Source of the DNA: Planctomycetota bacterium
GTDB lineage: Bacteria; Planctomycetota; UBA1135; GCA-002686595
Assembly: GCA_044221705.1 (NCBI GenBank)
Contig: JBGAOR010000013.1
Span: 2,529 to 66,528, forward strand
Direction of reading: 5' to 3'
DNA length: 64,000 bases
A program made the position numbers and the translations under genes. Of this stretch, positions 10,835-22,299 are shown in pieces (positions within the stretch are counted from its first letter, which is position 1; each line of letters starts with the position of its first letter). Below the pieces are notes generated by a model that saw only the letters and a list, made by a program, of their open reading frames with translations, was not told the DNA's origin and ran no database searches.

Positions 10835-12268
10835 TCATCGCGCGGACCCACCGCGCGCAGCTGGTTCCGTTTCGACGCCGCGCGAGTTGTCCCACAGGGC
10901 GCGCACGAGGATCGCTTCGATCTCCTCCGGCGCGCCCTTGAACTCGCGGCGTCCCACCGGCGCGTACCAGTTGGTCTTCGTGTCCCAGCGTGTGAGCGCG
11001 AGGCCCGGACGCGCCGCGTCGGCGCCGTAGAACGAACGCGCGTCGGCCGAGCCCATCGGGAAGGCCTGGATCAGCTCGCTCGCGTGCCGTTCGAGATCGG
11101 GATCGGCGGGAATCCAGCCCGACGCCTCCCGGAGGACGAGGATCGCGTAGGTCTGCTTCCCTTGGACGCGTTCGGCGCGCAGACCGAGCCGAGCGACGAG
11201 CCGCGCGCGATCCGCGGCGTGTTCGGCCTTCAGCCGTGCCTCCAGCTTGGGAACGGCTGCCTTCCACTTCGTCGCGCGGCTCGGGTCGAGGTCCGTGAAC
11301 GGCACCTCCACGGCGAGCGCGGCCTTGCGCGTGCCGTCGGAGTCCTTGCGCCCGAACGAATGGGCGAGCACGAGCTTCGCGCCGGCCAGCGCGCGCGAGT
11401 CGGGGCACGCACAGGCGGACTCGGCCTCGGGAGCCGGCTTGTCGCACCACGCACACGAGGTCGATGGCCGCGGGAAACGCGCCGCCGCCGCGGGCGCGCG
11501 CTTCCACAGTGCGAGCGCCGAGGTCTCGAGCGAGTACCAGGGAACGGGTGTCGTTCCGTACCAGGGATCGAGCGTCACCGCCGAGGCACGGCGCCAGAAC
11601 CGGGCGGCGGGTTCGGGGTCGAGGTGCGCGGACAGCTCGACCAGCCTCGCGCGCGCTCGCCACAGGTCGATCGCCGACGCGAGGGCGAGCGCGCGGTCGA
11701 TCATCCGCACGAGGAGGCGGTCGAGCTGGGCTCCGGCATCGATGGCGATCTCCTTCTTCGATTCGCCGGGATCGAACCGCGCCTCCTTCGCGGGATACGA
11801 CTCGTCGATCTGATCTCCGAGCACGGCGATCTCGACCGGTTTTTCCCCCATCTCGTAGATCCGGGCGCGTCCCGAAGACCTCGCGCCGCGGTAGCGGATG
11901 CGCGCGGAACGTCCGAGGTCGTCCTCGTACTCGACGGTCCTGGCCGCCAGGGTCTCGGAGTTCGCCTCCTCGAAGACGACCAGCCACCGCGGAGGAGGAG
12001 TCGCCGCCTTGGCGGCGCTCGCGGGCAGCGCGTCGAGCACGAGCACCTCGGGTTCGGAGGCGTGTGCGGAGACTTCCGCGCGCCAGGAGTCGCGGGACTT
12101 CGACGCGGCCGCGCCACCCTTGAACACGACACCGACGCGCGGAACTTCGAGCAGGTCCGCCGGGACGGACGGCGGATCCTGGGTGGCGTGGACGCAGGGC
12201 GCGAACGCGCCGAGAACGAGGAGGAGCGAGCGCAGGCAGTGCGCGAGAGCGGGCGCGTTCTTCGGCAT
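10835..12268 (-). CDS. secreted hypothetical protein
   Basis: 477-aa ORF with a signal peptide (LRSLLLVLGAFAPCVHA), GGAG 9 nt upstream of ATG 12268, and balanced composition. No family recognised. Confidence 0.6.
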   Translation of the reverse strand: MPKNAPALAHCLRSLLLVLGAFAPCVHATQDPPSVPADLLEVPRVGVVFKGGAAASKSRDSWRAEVSAHASEPEVLVLDALPASAAKAATPPPRWLVVFEEANSETLAARTVEYEDDLGRSARIRYRGARSSGRARIYEMGEKPVEIAVLGDQIDESYPAKEARFDPGESKKEIAIDAGAQLDRLLVRMIDRALALASAIDLWRARARLVELSAHLDPEPAARFWRRASAVTLDPWYGTTPVPWYSLETSALALWKRAPAAAARFPRPSTSCAWCDKPAPEAESACACPDSRALAGAKLVLAHSFGRKDSDGTRKAALAVEVPFTDLDPSRATKWKAAVPKLEARLKAEHAADRARLVARLGLRAERVQGKQTYAILVLREASGWIPADPDLERHASELIQAFPMGSADARSFYGADAARPGLALTRWDTKTNWYAPVGRREFKGAPEEIEAILVRALWDNSRGVETEPAARGGSAR

Positions 12269-12358
12269 CGGGAGGACTCCGCGGGAGGCGGGGAAGCGAG
12301 GCTGACGATCGCCCGCTCAAGTTTCCAGGAGGCGAACCTCTTGCATTGCCCGGCCCAG

Positions 12359-12396
12359 CTGGCATGATTATGCGCGCGTGCGCATGACTATGCCTC
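12359..12396. promoter_or_regulatory. pair of ARG-box-like operator sites overlapping the argR start
   Basis: GCATGATTATGC (12362..12373) and GCATGACTATGC (12382..12393). Each has GCAT-N4-ATGC dyad symmetry, and the centres are 20 bp apart. A TTGCAT hexamer lies at 12341..12346 upstream. Confidence 0.4.
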
Positions 12397-12893
12397 GCCC
12401 CACCGTGACCTCCCCGACGACATCTTCCGACTCGGCTCCGCGCGACACGCGTCGTGCACGCATCCTCGAGATCGTGCGCGCCGGCCGCGTCCGCAACCAG
12501 GAAGAGCTGCGCGCGCACCTCGCCGAGTTCGGCATCGACGTCAACCAGGCGACGCTCTCGCGCGACCTGCGCGACCTGGGGCTGCTGAAGGGCCGCGACG
12601 GGTACGAGATCCCGAGCACCGCCAGCCCGACCGCGGACGACGCCGGCGTCGCGCTCGTCGCCGCCGCGCGCACGTGGCTGGGCGAGGCGCGCGCGGCGCA
12701 GTCGCTGGTCGTCCTCAAGACGCCTCCCGGCGGTGCGAACCCGCTGGCGATCGCGATCGACCGCGCGCGCCTCGACGGCGTCGTCGGCACGATCGCCGGG
12801 GACGACACGGTGTTCCTCGCGGCGGCGGGAGCGGCGCAGGCGCGCCGACTCGTCCGCGAGCTCATGGCCCTCAAGGCGCGGCGCGCATCGTGA
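12378..12893 (+). CDS. argR: arginine repressor
   Basis: Winged-helix N-terminus ([45 protein letters not shown]) and C-terminal oligomerisation / arginine-binding domain ([11 protein letters not shown]). The start may be GTG 12378 or ATG 12384/12390. Confidence 0.9.
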   Translation: MRMTMPRPTVTSPTTSSDSAPRDTRRARILEIVRAGRVRNQEELRAHLAEFGIDVNQATLSRDLRDLGLLKGRDGYEIPSTASPTADDAGVALVAAARTWLGEARAAQSLVVLKTPPGGANPLAIAIDRARLDGVVGTIAGDDTVFLAAAGAAQARRLVRELMALKARRAS

Positions 12894-13873
12894 AGACCGC
12901 CGCCATCCTGGGCGCGTCCGGTTACACCGGGCGCGAGCTCGCGCGATTGCTCGCGTCGCACCCGACGCTGCGGCTCGCCGGCGCTTTCAGCGCGCGCGAG
13001 GGCGACGCGCCCGACGCACCGGAGCTGCCCTGCGACGCGCGCATCGAGGCGCTCGACTGGACGCGCGTCGCCGCCTGCGACGGCGTGTTCCTGTGCACGC
13101 CGCACGCGGCGTCGGCCGAGCTGGCGCAGCGCGTGCTCGCGCTCGGCCCCAAGGTCGTCGACCTGTCGGCGGACTTCCGGCTGCCCGACGCGGCGCTGTA
13201 CCAGGCGACGTACGAGCACCGCCATCCGGCGCCCGAGCTCCTGGCGCGCGCGCCGTACGGCCTGACGGAGCTGGCGCGCGAGGCCGTGCGCGGTGCACGC
13301 CTCGTCGCGAACCCGGGCTGCTATCCGACCGCGACGCTCCTGGCGCTGAAGCCGCTCGTCGCCGCCGGGCTCGTCGATCTCTCGGCCACCGTCGTCGTCG
13401 ACGCGAAGAGCGGCGTCTCGGGTGCCGGCAAGAACCCGTCGCCGCGCACGCACTTCGGCGCGAGCCACGAGAACTTCCTGGCCTACGGCGTCGGCGGCCA
13501 CCGTCACGCGCCCGAGATCCGTCTGCACTCGGGCGTCGCGGACCTCGTGTTCGTCCCCCACCTCCTGCCCGTGTTCCGCGGCATCCTGGCCACGATCTAC
13601 GTGAAGCCCGCGCGCGGGATGGATGCGGCGCGGGTGCGCGCGTGCCTCTCCGAGACGTACGCCGGCGAGCGCTTCGTGAAGGTCTACGACCGCGGACAGC
13701 CCGAGCTGAACCGCGTGCAGATGACGAACCAGTGCCACATCGCGGTGGCGCAGCAGGCGGGCACGATCGTGCTGACGTCGGCGATCGACAACCTGGTCAA
13801 GGGCGCGAGCGGGCAGGCGCTCCAGAACATGAACCTCGTCCTCGGTCTCGAGGAATCGGCGGGGCTCGTCTGA
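12890..13873 (+). CDS. argC: N-acetyl-gamma-glutamyl-phosphate reductase
   Basis: [21 protein letters not shown] and the active-site region [14 protein letters not shown] 12890 overlaps the argR stop (GTGA). Confidence 0.92.
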   Translation: MKTAAILGASGYTGRELARLLASHPTLRLAGAFSAREGDAPDAPELPCDARIEALDWTRVAACDGVFLCTPHAASAELAQRVLALGPKVVDLSADFRLPDAALYQATYEHRHPAPELLARAPYGLTELAREAVRGARLVANPGCYPTATLLALKPLVAAGLVDLSATVVVDAKSGVSGAGKNPSPRTHFGASHENFLAYGVGGHRHAPEIRLHSGVADLVFVPHLLPVFRGILATIYVKPARGMDAARVRACLSETYAGERFVKVYDRGQPELNRVQMTNQCHIAVAQQAGTIVLTSAIDNLVKGASGQALQNMNLVLGLEESAGLV

Positions 13874-14718
13874 TGGCGAAGTCGCAGCGCATCCTGGTCA
13901 AGGTCGGCGGAGCCCAGCTCGAGCAGCCGGGTCCGCGCGCCGACCTGTGCCGCGCGGTGGCGCAGGCGCGCGACGCCGGGCTCGAGCTCGTGCTCGTGCA
14001 CGGTGGCGGCAACCAGATCCGCGAGCTGGTGCGCAAGCTGGGCCTGCCCGAGAGCTACCACAACGGCCTGCGCGTCACCGACGCGGCGACGGCCGACGTC
14101 GTGCTGATGGTGCTGGCCGGGCTGGTGAACAAGGAGCTCGTGCACGCGCTCGAGACGATCGGCGTGCGCGCCTGCGGGCTGTCGGGCGCGGACGGCGCGA
14201 CGTTCCGCGCCACGAAGTTGCGCGACGACGCGGTCGACCTGGGCTACGTCGGGGCCGTCGGACGCACCGACGTGCGCCTGGTCGACCTGCTCCTGCGGGA
14301 CGGTTTCCTGCCCGTGATCGCCACTGCCGCGCCGCTGCAACCCGGCGAGGACGCGCCGGGCGACCGCTTCTACAACGTGAACGCAGACCTCGCGGCCGGA
14401 CCGCTGTCGCGCGCGGTGCGCGCCGACGCGCTCCTGTTCCTCACGGACGTTCCGGCCGTGCTCGACGCCGACAAGAAGCGCATCCCCGAGCTCTCGCCCA
14501 GCGCGGCCGCCGAGCTGCGGCTCGCGGGCGTCATCCACGGCGGCATGATCCCGAAAGTCGACGCCGCGCTGGCGGCGCTGGCCGCGAACCCGGGCGCGAT
14601 GGTCAAGATCGCGCCCGCCGCCGGCACCGACGCCGTGCGGCGCGCGCTTTCCCCCGACGTCGGAACGCGATTCGTCGCCGACCGCGAGCACGTGAGTGGC
14701 CGAGAGGAGATCCGCTGA
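13873..14718 (+). CDS. argB: acetylglutamate kinase
   Basis: ILVKVGGAQ, LVHGGGNQI and NVNADLAAG motifs. The ATG shares one base with the argC stop (TGATG). Confidence 0.92.
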   Translation: MAKSQRILVKVGGAQLEQPGPRADLCRAVAQARDAGLELVLVHGGGNQIRELVRKLGLPESYHNGLRVTDAATADVVLMVLAGLVNKELVHALETIGVRACGLSGADGATFRATKLRDDAVDLGYVGAVGRTDVRLVDLLLRDGFLPVIATAAPLQPGEDAPGDRFYNVNADLAAGPLSRAVRADALLFLTDVPAVLDADKKRIPELSPSAAAELRLAGVIHGGMIPKVDAALAALAANPGAMVKIAPAAGTDAVRRALSPDVGTRFVADREHVSGREEIR

Positions 14719-14719
14719 C

Positions 14720-15928
14720 ATGGACGAGCACGTCCTGAAGACGTACCTGCGGGCCGACGAAGTCTTCGTCGACGGCCGCGGCGCCGAAGTGCGCGATGCC
14801 ACGGGCCGCGTGTGGCTCGATTTCCTGGGCGGGATCGCCGTGTCCGCGCTGGGCCACGGCCACGCGAAGCTCGCCGCGGCGATCGCCGACCAGGCCGGCA
14901 AGGTGATCCACCTATCGAACCTCTTCCGGCACCCGTACACCGAGGAGGTCGCGACGCGCGTGGCGCGTCTGACCGGCCTGGAATCGGTCTTCTTCGCGAA
15001 CAGCGGCGCGGAAGCCAACGAGGCCGCGCTCAAGCTGTCGCGCAAGTACCAGCGCACGCGCGGCGCGCCCGAGCGCACGTCGTTCGTCGCACTCGAGGGC
15101 GCGTTCCACGGGCGGACGACGGGTGCCTTGTCGTTGACGCACACGCTGAAGTACCGCGAGCCCTTCGGACCGCTGCTCGAGTGCGCGTGGGTCCCCCCGG
15201 GCGACGCCGCGGCGCTCGAGCGCGCGCTGACGACGCTGCGACCCGCGGCGCTGTTCGTCGAGCCGATCCAGGGCGAGGCGGGCGTGCGCGACGTGCCGCT
15301 CGACTTCCTGCGCGCCGCGCGCGAGCTGTGCACGCGCACGGACACCGTGCTCGTGCACGACGAGGTGCAGGCCGGCTGCGGCCGCACCGGGACGTTCCTG
15401 GCCGGCGACGCGGCCGGCGTGAAGCCCGACATCGCGACGCTGGCGAAGCCGATCGCCGCCGGGCTGCCGCTGGGCATGTGCGTCGTGGCGAAGCCCTTCG
15501 CGTCCGTTCTCCAGCCCGGCGACCACGGCTCGACGTTCGCCGGCGGACCGCTGGCGTGCCGCGCGGCGCTCGTCTTCCTGGAGGAGCTCGAGGAAGGCGG
15601 ACTGCTGGCCGCCGTGCGCGAGCGCGGCGACGAGCTGCACGCCGGCCTCGCGCGCCTGAAGCAGGATTTCCCGCTCATTTCCGAGCTGCGCGGCCGCGGG
15701 CTGATCCGCGGCGTGCGTCTCCAAGACGGCGCCGAGGAGATCCAGAAGGACCTCTACCGGCGCGGTCTCATCACGAACCGCACCGGCGGCGACACGATCC
15801 GCCTGCTGCCCCCGTACGTCATCACGAGCGCGCAGATCCAGCGCGGGCTCGCGATCCTGCGCGACGCGCTCGAGGCGCGCGGCTCCGCGACGAAGTCGGC
15901 CCCGAATCCGGCGACCGTCCGCGCGTAG
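14720..15928 (+). CDS. argD: acetylornithine aminotransferase
   Basis: Class III aminotransferase motifs (FANSGAEANEAALKL, HDEVQAGCGRTG, PDIATLAKPIAAG). GAGGAG lies about 12 nt upstream of ATG 14720, which follows the argB stop by 1 nt. Confidence 0.9.
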   Translation: MDEHVLKTYLRADEVFVDGRGAEVRDATGRVWLDFLGGIAVSALGHGHAKLAAAIADQAGKVIHLSNLFRHPYTEEVATRVARLTGLESVFFANSGAEANEAALKLSRKYQRTRGAPERTSFVALEGAFHGRTTGALSLTHTLKYREPFGPLLECAWVPPGDAAALERALTTLRPAALFVEPIQGEAGVRDVPLDFLRAARELCTRTDTVLVHDEVQAGCGRTGTFLAGDAAGVKPDIATLAKPIAAGLPLGMCVVAKPFASVLQPGDHGSTFAGGPLACRAALVFLEELEEGGLLAAVRERGDELHAGLARLKQDFPLISELRGRGLIRGVRLQDGAEEIQKDLYRRGLITNRTGGDTIRLLPPYVITSAQIQRGLAILRDALEARGSATKSAPNPATVRA

Positions 15929-15940
15929 TGTGCGCTCGAC

Positions 15941-15967
15941 GGTGCGGGTGCCACAGCGGCCCGCACC
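15941..15967 (+). terminator. stem-loop between argD and argF (possible attenuator or partial terminator)
   Basis: GGTGCGGG (15941..15948) pairs with CCCGCACC (15960..15967) around an 11-nt loop, followed by the pyrimidine-rich tctccgttcc. There is no clear U tract. Confidence 0.3.
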
Positions 15968-16018
15968 TCTCCGTTCCTGACACCGTCTTCATCACTCCCT
16001 GCTCGACTCCGACGCACG

Positions 16019-16969
16019 ATGACCAAGAAGCCCTTCGGTACGCTGCCCCAGAAAGACCTGCTCACCGTCGCCCAGCTCGGGCCCGGCGACGTCGAGACCA
16101 TCTTCGGCGCGACGACAGCGATCAAGTCGGATCGCCAGGCGTACTCCGAGGCGCTGCGCGGCAAGCGCCTGGCGATGATCTTCGAGAAGGACTCGCTGCG
16201 GACGCGCTTCACCTTCGACGTCGGCATGCAGGACCTGGGCGGCTCGGCGGTCTTCATGGACCACCGCGACGTGCGCCTCGGCTCGCGCGAGTCGCTCAAG
16301 GACATGGCCAAGAACCTCGAGCGCTGGGTCGACGGCATCGTCGCCCGCGTCTTCAAGCAGCGCGCGCTGGAGGAGATCGCCGCGAACTGCTCGATCCCGG
16401 TCGTCAACGGCCTCTCGGACCACGTGCACCCGTGCCAGGCGCTGTCCGACTTCTTCACGCTCACCGAGCGCTGGGGCAAGGTGAAGGGCCGTCGCCTGGT
16501 CTACGTCGGCGACGGCAACAACACGTGCCACTCGCTGCTGCACGTGGCCGCGCGCCTGGGCGCTCACATCACCGTGTGCTCGCCCGAAGGCTACGAGCCG
16601 AACGCGCGCGTCGTCAGCGAGGCCATGCTCATGGCGCGCGAGTCGGGCAGCGACATCCAGATCACGAACGATCCCGAGAGCGGCGTGAAGGGCGCCGACG
16701 CCGTGTACACGGACGTCTGGGCCTCGATGGGCCAGGAGGACGAGATCGAGGAGCGCTCCGCGATCTTCAACGACTACCGCGTGGACGAGGAGATGATGGC
16801 GCTGGCGAAGCCCGACGCGCTGTTCATGCACTGCCTGCCGGCGCACCGCGGCCAGGAAGTGACGGCCGGCGTGATCGACGGCCCGAACTCGATCGTCTAC
16901 GACATCGCCGAGAACCGTCTGCACGTGCAGAAGGCGATCCTCGTGCTGCTCATGGGCGGGAGGCGCTGA
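16019..16969 (+). CDS. argF: ornithine carbamoyltransferase
   Basis: The SLRTR, HPCQALSD, DVWASMG and FMHCLPAHRG motifs indicate anabolic OTCase rather than the acetylornithine type. Confidence 0.92.
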   Translation: MTKKPFGTLPQKDLLTVAQLGPGDVETIFGATTAIKSDRQAYSEALRGKRLAMIFEKDSLRTRFTFDVGMQDLGGSAVFMDHRDVRLGSRESLKDMAKNLERWVDGIVARVFKQRALEEIAANCSIPVVNGLSDHVHPCQALSDFFTLTERWGKVKGRRLVYVGDGNNTCHSLLHVAARLGAHITVCSPEGYEPNARVVSEAMLMARESGSDIQITNDPESGVKGADAVYTDVWASMGQEDEIEERSAIFNDYRVDEEMMALAKPDALFMHCLPAHRGQEVTAGVIDGPNSIVYDIAENRLHVQKAILVLLMGGRR

Positions 16970-16970
16970 G

Positions 16971-17471
16971 ATGCTGAAAGCCATCGACGACTTCGCGGCG
17001 ATCTGGGAGCACGAGAGCGCGAAGACGATCCAGGTCCTCGGCGCGCTCACGGACGCCGCGCTCGAGACACGCGTGACCCCGTCGGGACGCACGCTCGGGT
17101 TCCTCGCCTGGCACATCGTCACGACGATCCCGGAGATGCTGAACCACGGCGGCATCCCCGCCGCAGGCCCCGGTCAGGACGCACCGGTCCCGTCGAAGGC
17201 GGAGCAGATCCGAGCGGCCTACGCCAGCGCAGCCGCGACCGTCGTGCCGGCATTGCGCCGGACGTGGAGGGACACGGACCTGGCCAAGAAGGTCCCGATG
17301 TACGGCGAGGAGTGGAACGGACACGACGTGCTCGAACGCTTCCTGTTCCACGAGATCCACCACCGCGCCCAGATGACGATCCTCATGCGTCAAGCCCACC
17401 TGCGCGTGCCCGGCATCTACGGGCCGGCGCAAGAGGAGTGGGCCCAGTTCGGCATGCCGACGATGCCCTGA
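16971..17471 (+). CDS. DinB-family (DinB_2 / YfiT-like) metal-dependent protein
   Basis: Four-helix-bundle DinB pattern (FLAWHIVTT ... FLFHEIHHRAQM). The ATG lies 1 nt after the argF stop, inside the arg cluster. Confidence 0.8.
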   Translation: MLKAIDDFAAIWEHESAKTIQVLGALTDAALETRVTPSGRTLGFLAWHIVTTIPEMLNHGGIPAAGPGQDAPVPSKAEQIRAAYASAAATVVPALRRTWRDTDLAKKVPMYGEEWNGHDVLERFLFHEIHHRAQMTILMRQAHLRVPGIYGPAQEEWAQFGMPTMP

Positions 17472-17543
17472 CCGCCGAGCGCACGCGCGCTCTCCATCTC
17501 CCCTCCCCTTTCCGCACACGCTATCCAGGCTCGAATCACCACC

Positions 17544-18904
<1,361 letters not shown>

Positions 18905-18908
<4 letters not shown>

Positions 18909-20332
18909 CGAAGCTCTGGGGCGGTCGTTTCGCCGGCGAATCCGACCCGCACTTCTTCGAGTGGCAGAAGAGCCTGCCCCACGACGTCGCGCTGCTCGCG
19001 GCCGACATCACGGGCAGCATGGCCTGGGCCAAGGCGCTCGTCGACGCCGGCGTCCTGAAGACCGGCGAAGGCCGGCGCATCACCGACGCGCTGGCGCAGA
19101 TCTTCGAGGAGGCGGCGCAGGACGACTCGAAGCTGGCGGAATCCGACGCGGAGGACGTGCACTCGCTCGTGGAGACCGAACTGGGCAAGCGCGTCGGCGA
19201 CCTGGCCAAGCGCCTGCACACCGGCCGTTCGCGCAACGACCAGGTCGCGACGGACCTCAAGCTGTTCCTGCGCGAGCTCGTCGTCGTGCTCGACGAACGC
19301 CTGCGCGACCTGATGATCGCGCTGGTCGACCTGGCCGACGCGAACGCCGACCTGCCGATCCCGGGCTACACGCACATGCAGCGCGCGCAGCCCATCACGG
19401 CCGGCCACCACGCGCTGGCCTACGTGTCGATGTTCGACCGCGACCGCTCGCGACTCGAGAACGCGCTGGTCCGCATGAACACGTGTCCGCTCGGCAGCGG
19501 CGCGCTGGCCGGCACGGCGTTCCCCGTCGACCGCGAGGAGATCGCGCGCGACCTGGGCTTCACCGAGCCGACGCGCAACAGCCTGGACGCCGTCTCGGAC
19601 CGCGACCACCTGGCCGAGGCGCTGTTCGCAGCGTCGCTGATCTCGGTGCACCTCTCGCGCCTGGCCGAGGACTGGATCTTCTTCGCGTCGCACGAGGCCG
19701 GATTCCTCGAGCTGTCCGACGCGATTGCGACAGGCTCGAGCCTGATGCCGCAGAAGAAGAACCCCGACGGGTTCGAGCTCCTGCGCGGCAAGAGCGGACG
19801 CGCGATCGGCGAGCTGACGGGGTTCCTCGCGACCTTGAAAGGGCTACCGATGGCGTACGACCGCGACCTGCAGGAGGACAAGCAGGCACTCCTGATGGGC
19901 CTGCCGCCGATCATCGAGCAGGTCGAGATCGCCGCGCTGCTCGTGCGCAACGTGCGCTACCGCGCCGACCGCTGCCGCGCCGCCGCCGAGAAGGGCGGCA
20001 TGAACGCCACGGACCTGGCCGACCTGCTCGTGAAGACCGGCGTAGCGTTCCGCACGGCGCACGAGCGCGCCGGCACCGTCGTGCGCGCCGCGCTGGAGAG
20101 CGACTGCGAGATCCAGGATCTGCCCAAGGCCGTGCTGGCGGACCTCGTCCCCGAGCTGGACGGACTCGACCTCGCCCAAGAGCTGTCGGTCGAAGCCGTG
20201 CTCGCGCGCCGCGACGTGACCGGCGGTACCGCACCGGCCCGCGTGCGCGAGGAAGTGGAACAGTGGAAGCAGGCATTCGTCGAGGAGCTCGAAGCGCTCG
20301 ACGCGGAAGACGAAGACGACGAGGTCCTATGA
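18905..20332 (+). CDS. argH: argininosuccinate lyase
   Basis: KLWGGRFAGE N-terminus, fumarate-lyase signature GSSLMPQKKNPD, TGRSRNDQVATD. GTG 18905 overlaps the argG stop (GTGA). Confidence 0.93.
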
Positions 20333-21537
20333 ACGAGACACGCGCCAGCGACACCCGCCCCGTCCTCCCCGCCGGCTTCAAGGCCGCCGCGGTCCATGCC
20401 GGCATCCGTGCGCGCCGCACGAAGATGGACCTGGGCCTGATCGTGGCCCCCGAGGCGTTTCCCGCCGCGGCCCTCTTCACGACGAACCAGCTGACCGGCG
20501 CGCACGTCGCCGTGTGTCGCGAGGCGCTCGAGAAGAGCAAGGGCCGCGTGCGCGCGCTGCTCGTGAACTCGGGCAACGCGAACTGCTCGACGGGCGCAGA
20601 AGGCCTGGCCGACGCGCGCCGCGTGCAACGCACACTGGCCGAGCTGATCGGTTGTCCGGCCGAGGAGGTGCTCTTCATGAGCACCGGCGTCATCGGCGCG
20701 CGCCTGCCGGTCGAGAAGATCCTCGACGCGCTGCCCAACCTGGTGAACGCGGCTCACGAGAAGGGCCTGGGCGATTTCGCCACGGCGATCATGACGACGG
20801 ACCTCGTGCCGAAGGTGCGCACGATCGCGATCGAGGAGAAGTCGGGCCCCGCGTTCCGCGTCACCGGCGTGGCCAAGGGCAGCGGCATGATCCACCCGAA
20901 CATGGCGACGATGCTGGCCTACCTGCTGACCGACGGTCCGCTGCCGCACGACGCGCACGCGACGCTGAAGCGCCTCGCCGACCAGAGCTTCCACCGCCTG
21001 ACCGTCGACGGCGACACGAGCCCGAACGACACGGTGCTCCTGTGGAGCTCGCGCGGTCCCGCCACGTCGGCGACGCAGGAGGCGGCATGCGTCAGCGCGC
21101 TCGTCGAGGTCTCGCAGGAGCTGTGCCGCCTGATCGCCGCCGACGGCGAGGGCGCGACGCGCCTCGTGACCGTGCAGGTGACCGGCGCGCCCAGCGAACA
21201 GGCGGCGTCGAGCGTCGCGCGCACGATCGCGACGAGCCCGCTGATCAAGACCGCGATCCACGGCCGCGACCCGAACTGGGGCCGCATCCTCGCGGCGGCC
21301 GGCCGCGCGGGCGTCGAGTTCGACACGGACAAGGCGCGCGTCTGGATCGGCGACGCCGACGTCTACTCGAACGGCAAGCCGCACCCCGAGAACGAGCAGG
21401 AGGCGCACCTGCACCTGCTGCAGAAGCACGAGGTCGTGATCGGCGTCGACCTCGCCGCCGGCAGCGCGGCGGCGGAGGCCTGGACGTGCGACTTCTCGGC
21501 CGACTACGTGCGCATCAACGCCGACTACCGGTCGTGA
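20329..21537 (+). CDS. argJ: bifunctional glutamate N-acetyltransferase / amino-acid acetyltransferase
   Basis: AGFKAAAVHAGI, VNSGNANCSTG and the autocleavage region ATMLAYLLTDG. ATGA overlap with the argH stop. Confidence 0.92.
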   Translation: MNETRASDTRPVLPAGFKAAAVHAGIRARRTKMDLGLIVAPEAFPAAALFTTNQLTGAHVAVCREALEKSKGRVRALLVNSGNANCSTGAEGLADARRVQRTLAELIGCPAEEVLFMSTGVIGARLPVEKILDALPNLVNAAHEKGLGDFATAIMTTDLVPKVRTIAIEEKSGPAFRVTGVAKGSGMIHPNMATMLAYLLTDGPLPHDAHATLKRLADQSFHRLTVDGDTSPNDTVLLWSSRGPATSATQEAACVSALVEVSQELCRLIAADGEGATRLVTVQVTGAPSEQAASSVARTIATSPLIKTAIHGRDPNWGRILAAAGRAGVEFDTDKARVWIGDADVYSNGKPHPENEQEAHLHLLQKHEVVIGVDLAAGSAAAEAWTCDFSADYVRINADYRS

Positions 21538-21606
21538 AAATCGGGCGGTGATCGACCGCGCGGCGCGCGGAGGGTACACGGTGCGGGCAGGAGCCCTCGG
21601 GCCTTC

Positions 21607-22299
21607 ATGCGACTCCGAATCGTCCTGCTCTCGATCCTGATCGCGCTCGCGGTCTTCCTGGGCATCCGGCCGCTCTACCGGTCGGACTGGGCGCTCGAGA
21701 ACGTCCTGGTCGTCGTCGGCTTCGCCTTCCTGTGGCTCACGCGCAGGTGGTTGCCGCTCAGCGACGCGTCGGTCTGGTTCGTGTTCGTGTTCTTCGTCTT
21801 CCACCTGGTCGGCGCGCACTACACGTACTCGGAGGTGCCCTACGACCGGTGGTTCGAGTGGATCACGGGGCGCACGCTGAACTCCGTCCTCGGATTCGAG
21901 CGCAACCACTACGACCGGCTGGTGCACTTCCTATTCGGGCTGCTGCTCGCGGTCCCGATGCGCGAGCTGTTCCTGCGCGTCGTGCCGGCGCGCGGGATCA
22001 CGGGCTACTGGCTGCCTGTCCAGATGACGCTCTCGTGGTCCGCCATCTACGAAGTCGTCGAGTGGTTCACGGCCGAGGTCTTCGGCGGCGGTCTCGGCGC
22101 CGCGTTCCTGGGCACGCAGGGCGACGAGTTCGACGCCGAGAAGGACATGGCTCTGGCCGGCCTCGGCGCGGTGATCGCGATGTGCGCCGTCGCGGCGGTG
22201 AACCGCTCGCGCGGGTTCGACGGGCAGCTGCGCTGGCTGCGGGAGCGGGTCGCGAACCTGCCGAGCCGGAGCGACGGATGCGGGGAGCCCCGCGCCTGA
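21607..22299 (+). CDS. DUF2238-like inner membrane protein (YjdF-like)
   Basis: Multiple predicted TM helices. HYTYSEVPYDRWF and NHYDRLVHFLFGLL resemble the YjdF/DUF2238 family. Confidence 0.7.
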   Translation: MRLRIVLLSILIALAVFLGIRPLYRSDWALENVLVVVGFAFLWLTRRWLPLSDASVWFVFVFFVFHLVGAHYTYSEVPYDRWFEWITGRTLNSVLGFERNHYDRLVHFLFGLLLAVPMRELFLRVVPARGITGYWLPVQMTLSWSAIYEVVEWFTAEVFGGGLGAAFLGTQGDEFDAEKDMALAGLGAVIAMCAVAAVNRSRGFDGQLRWLRERVANLPSRSDGCGEPRA

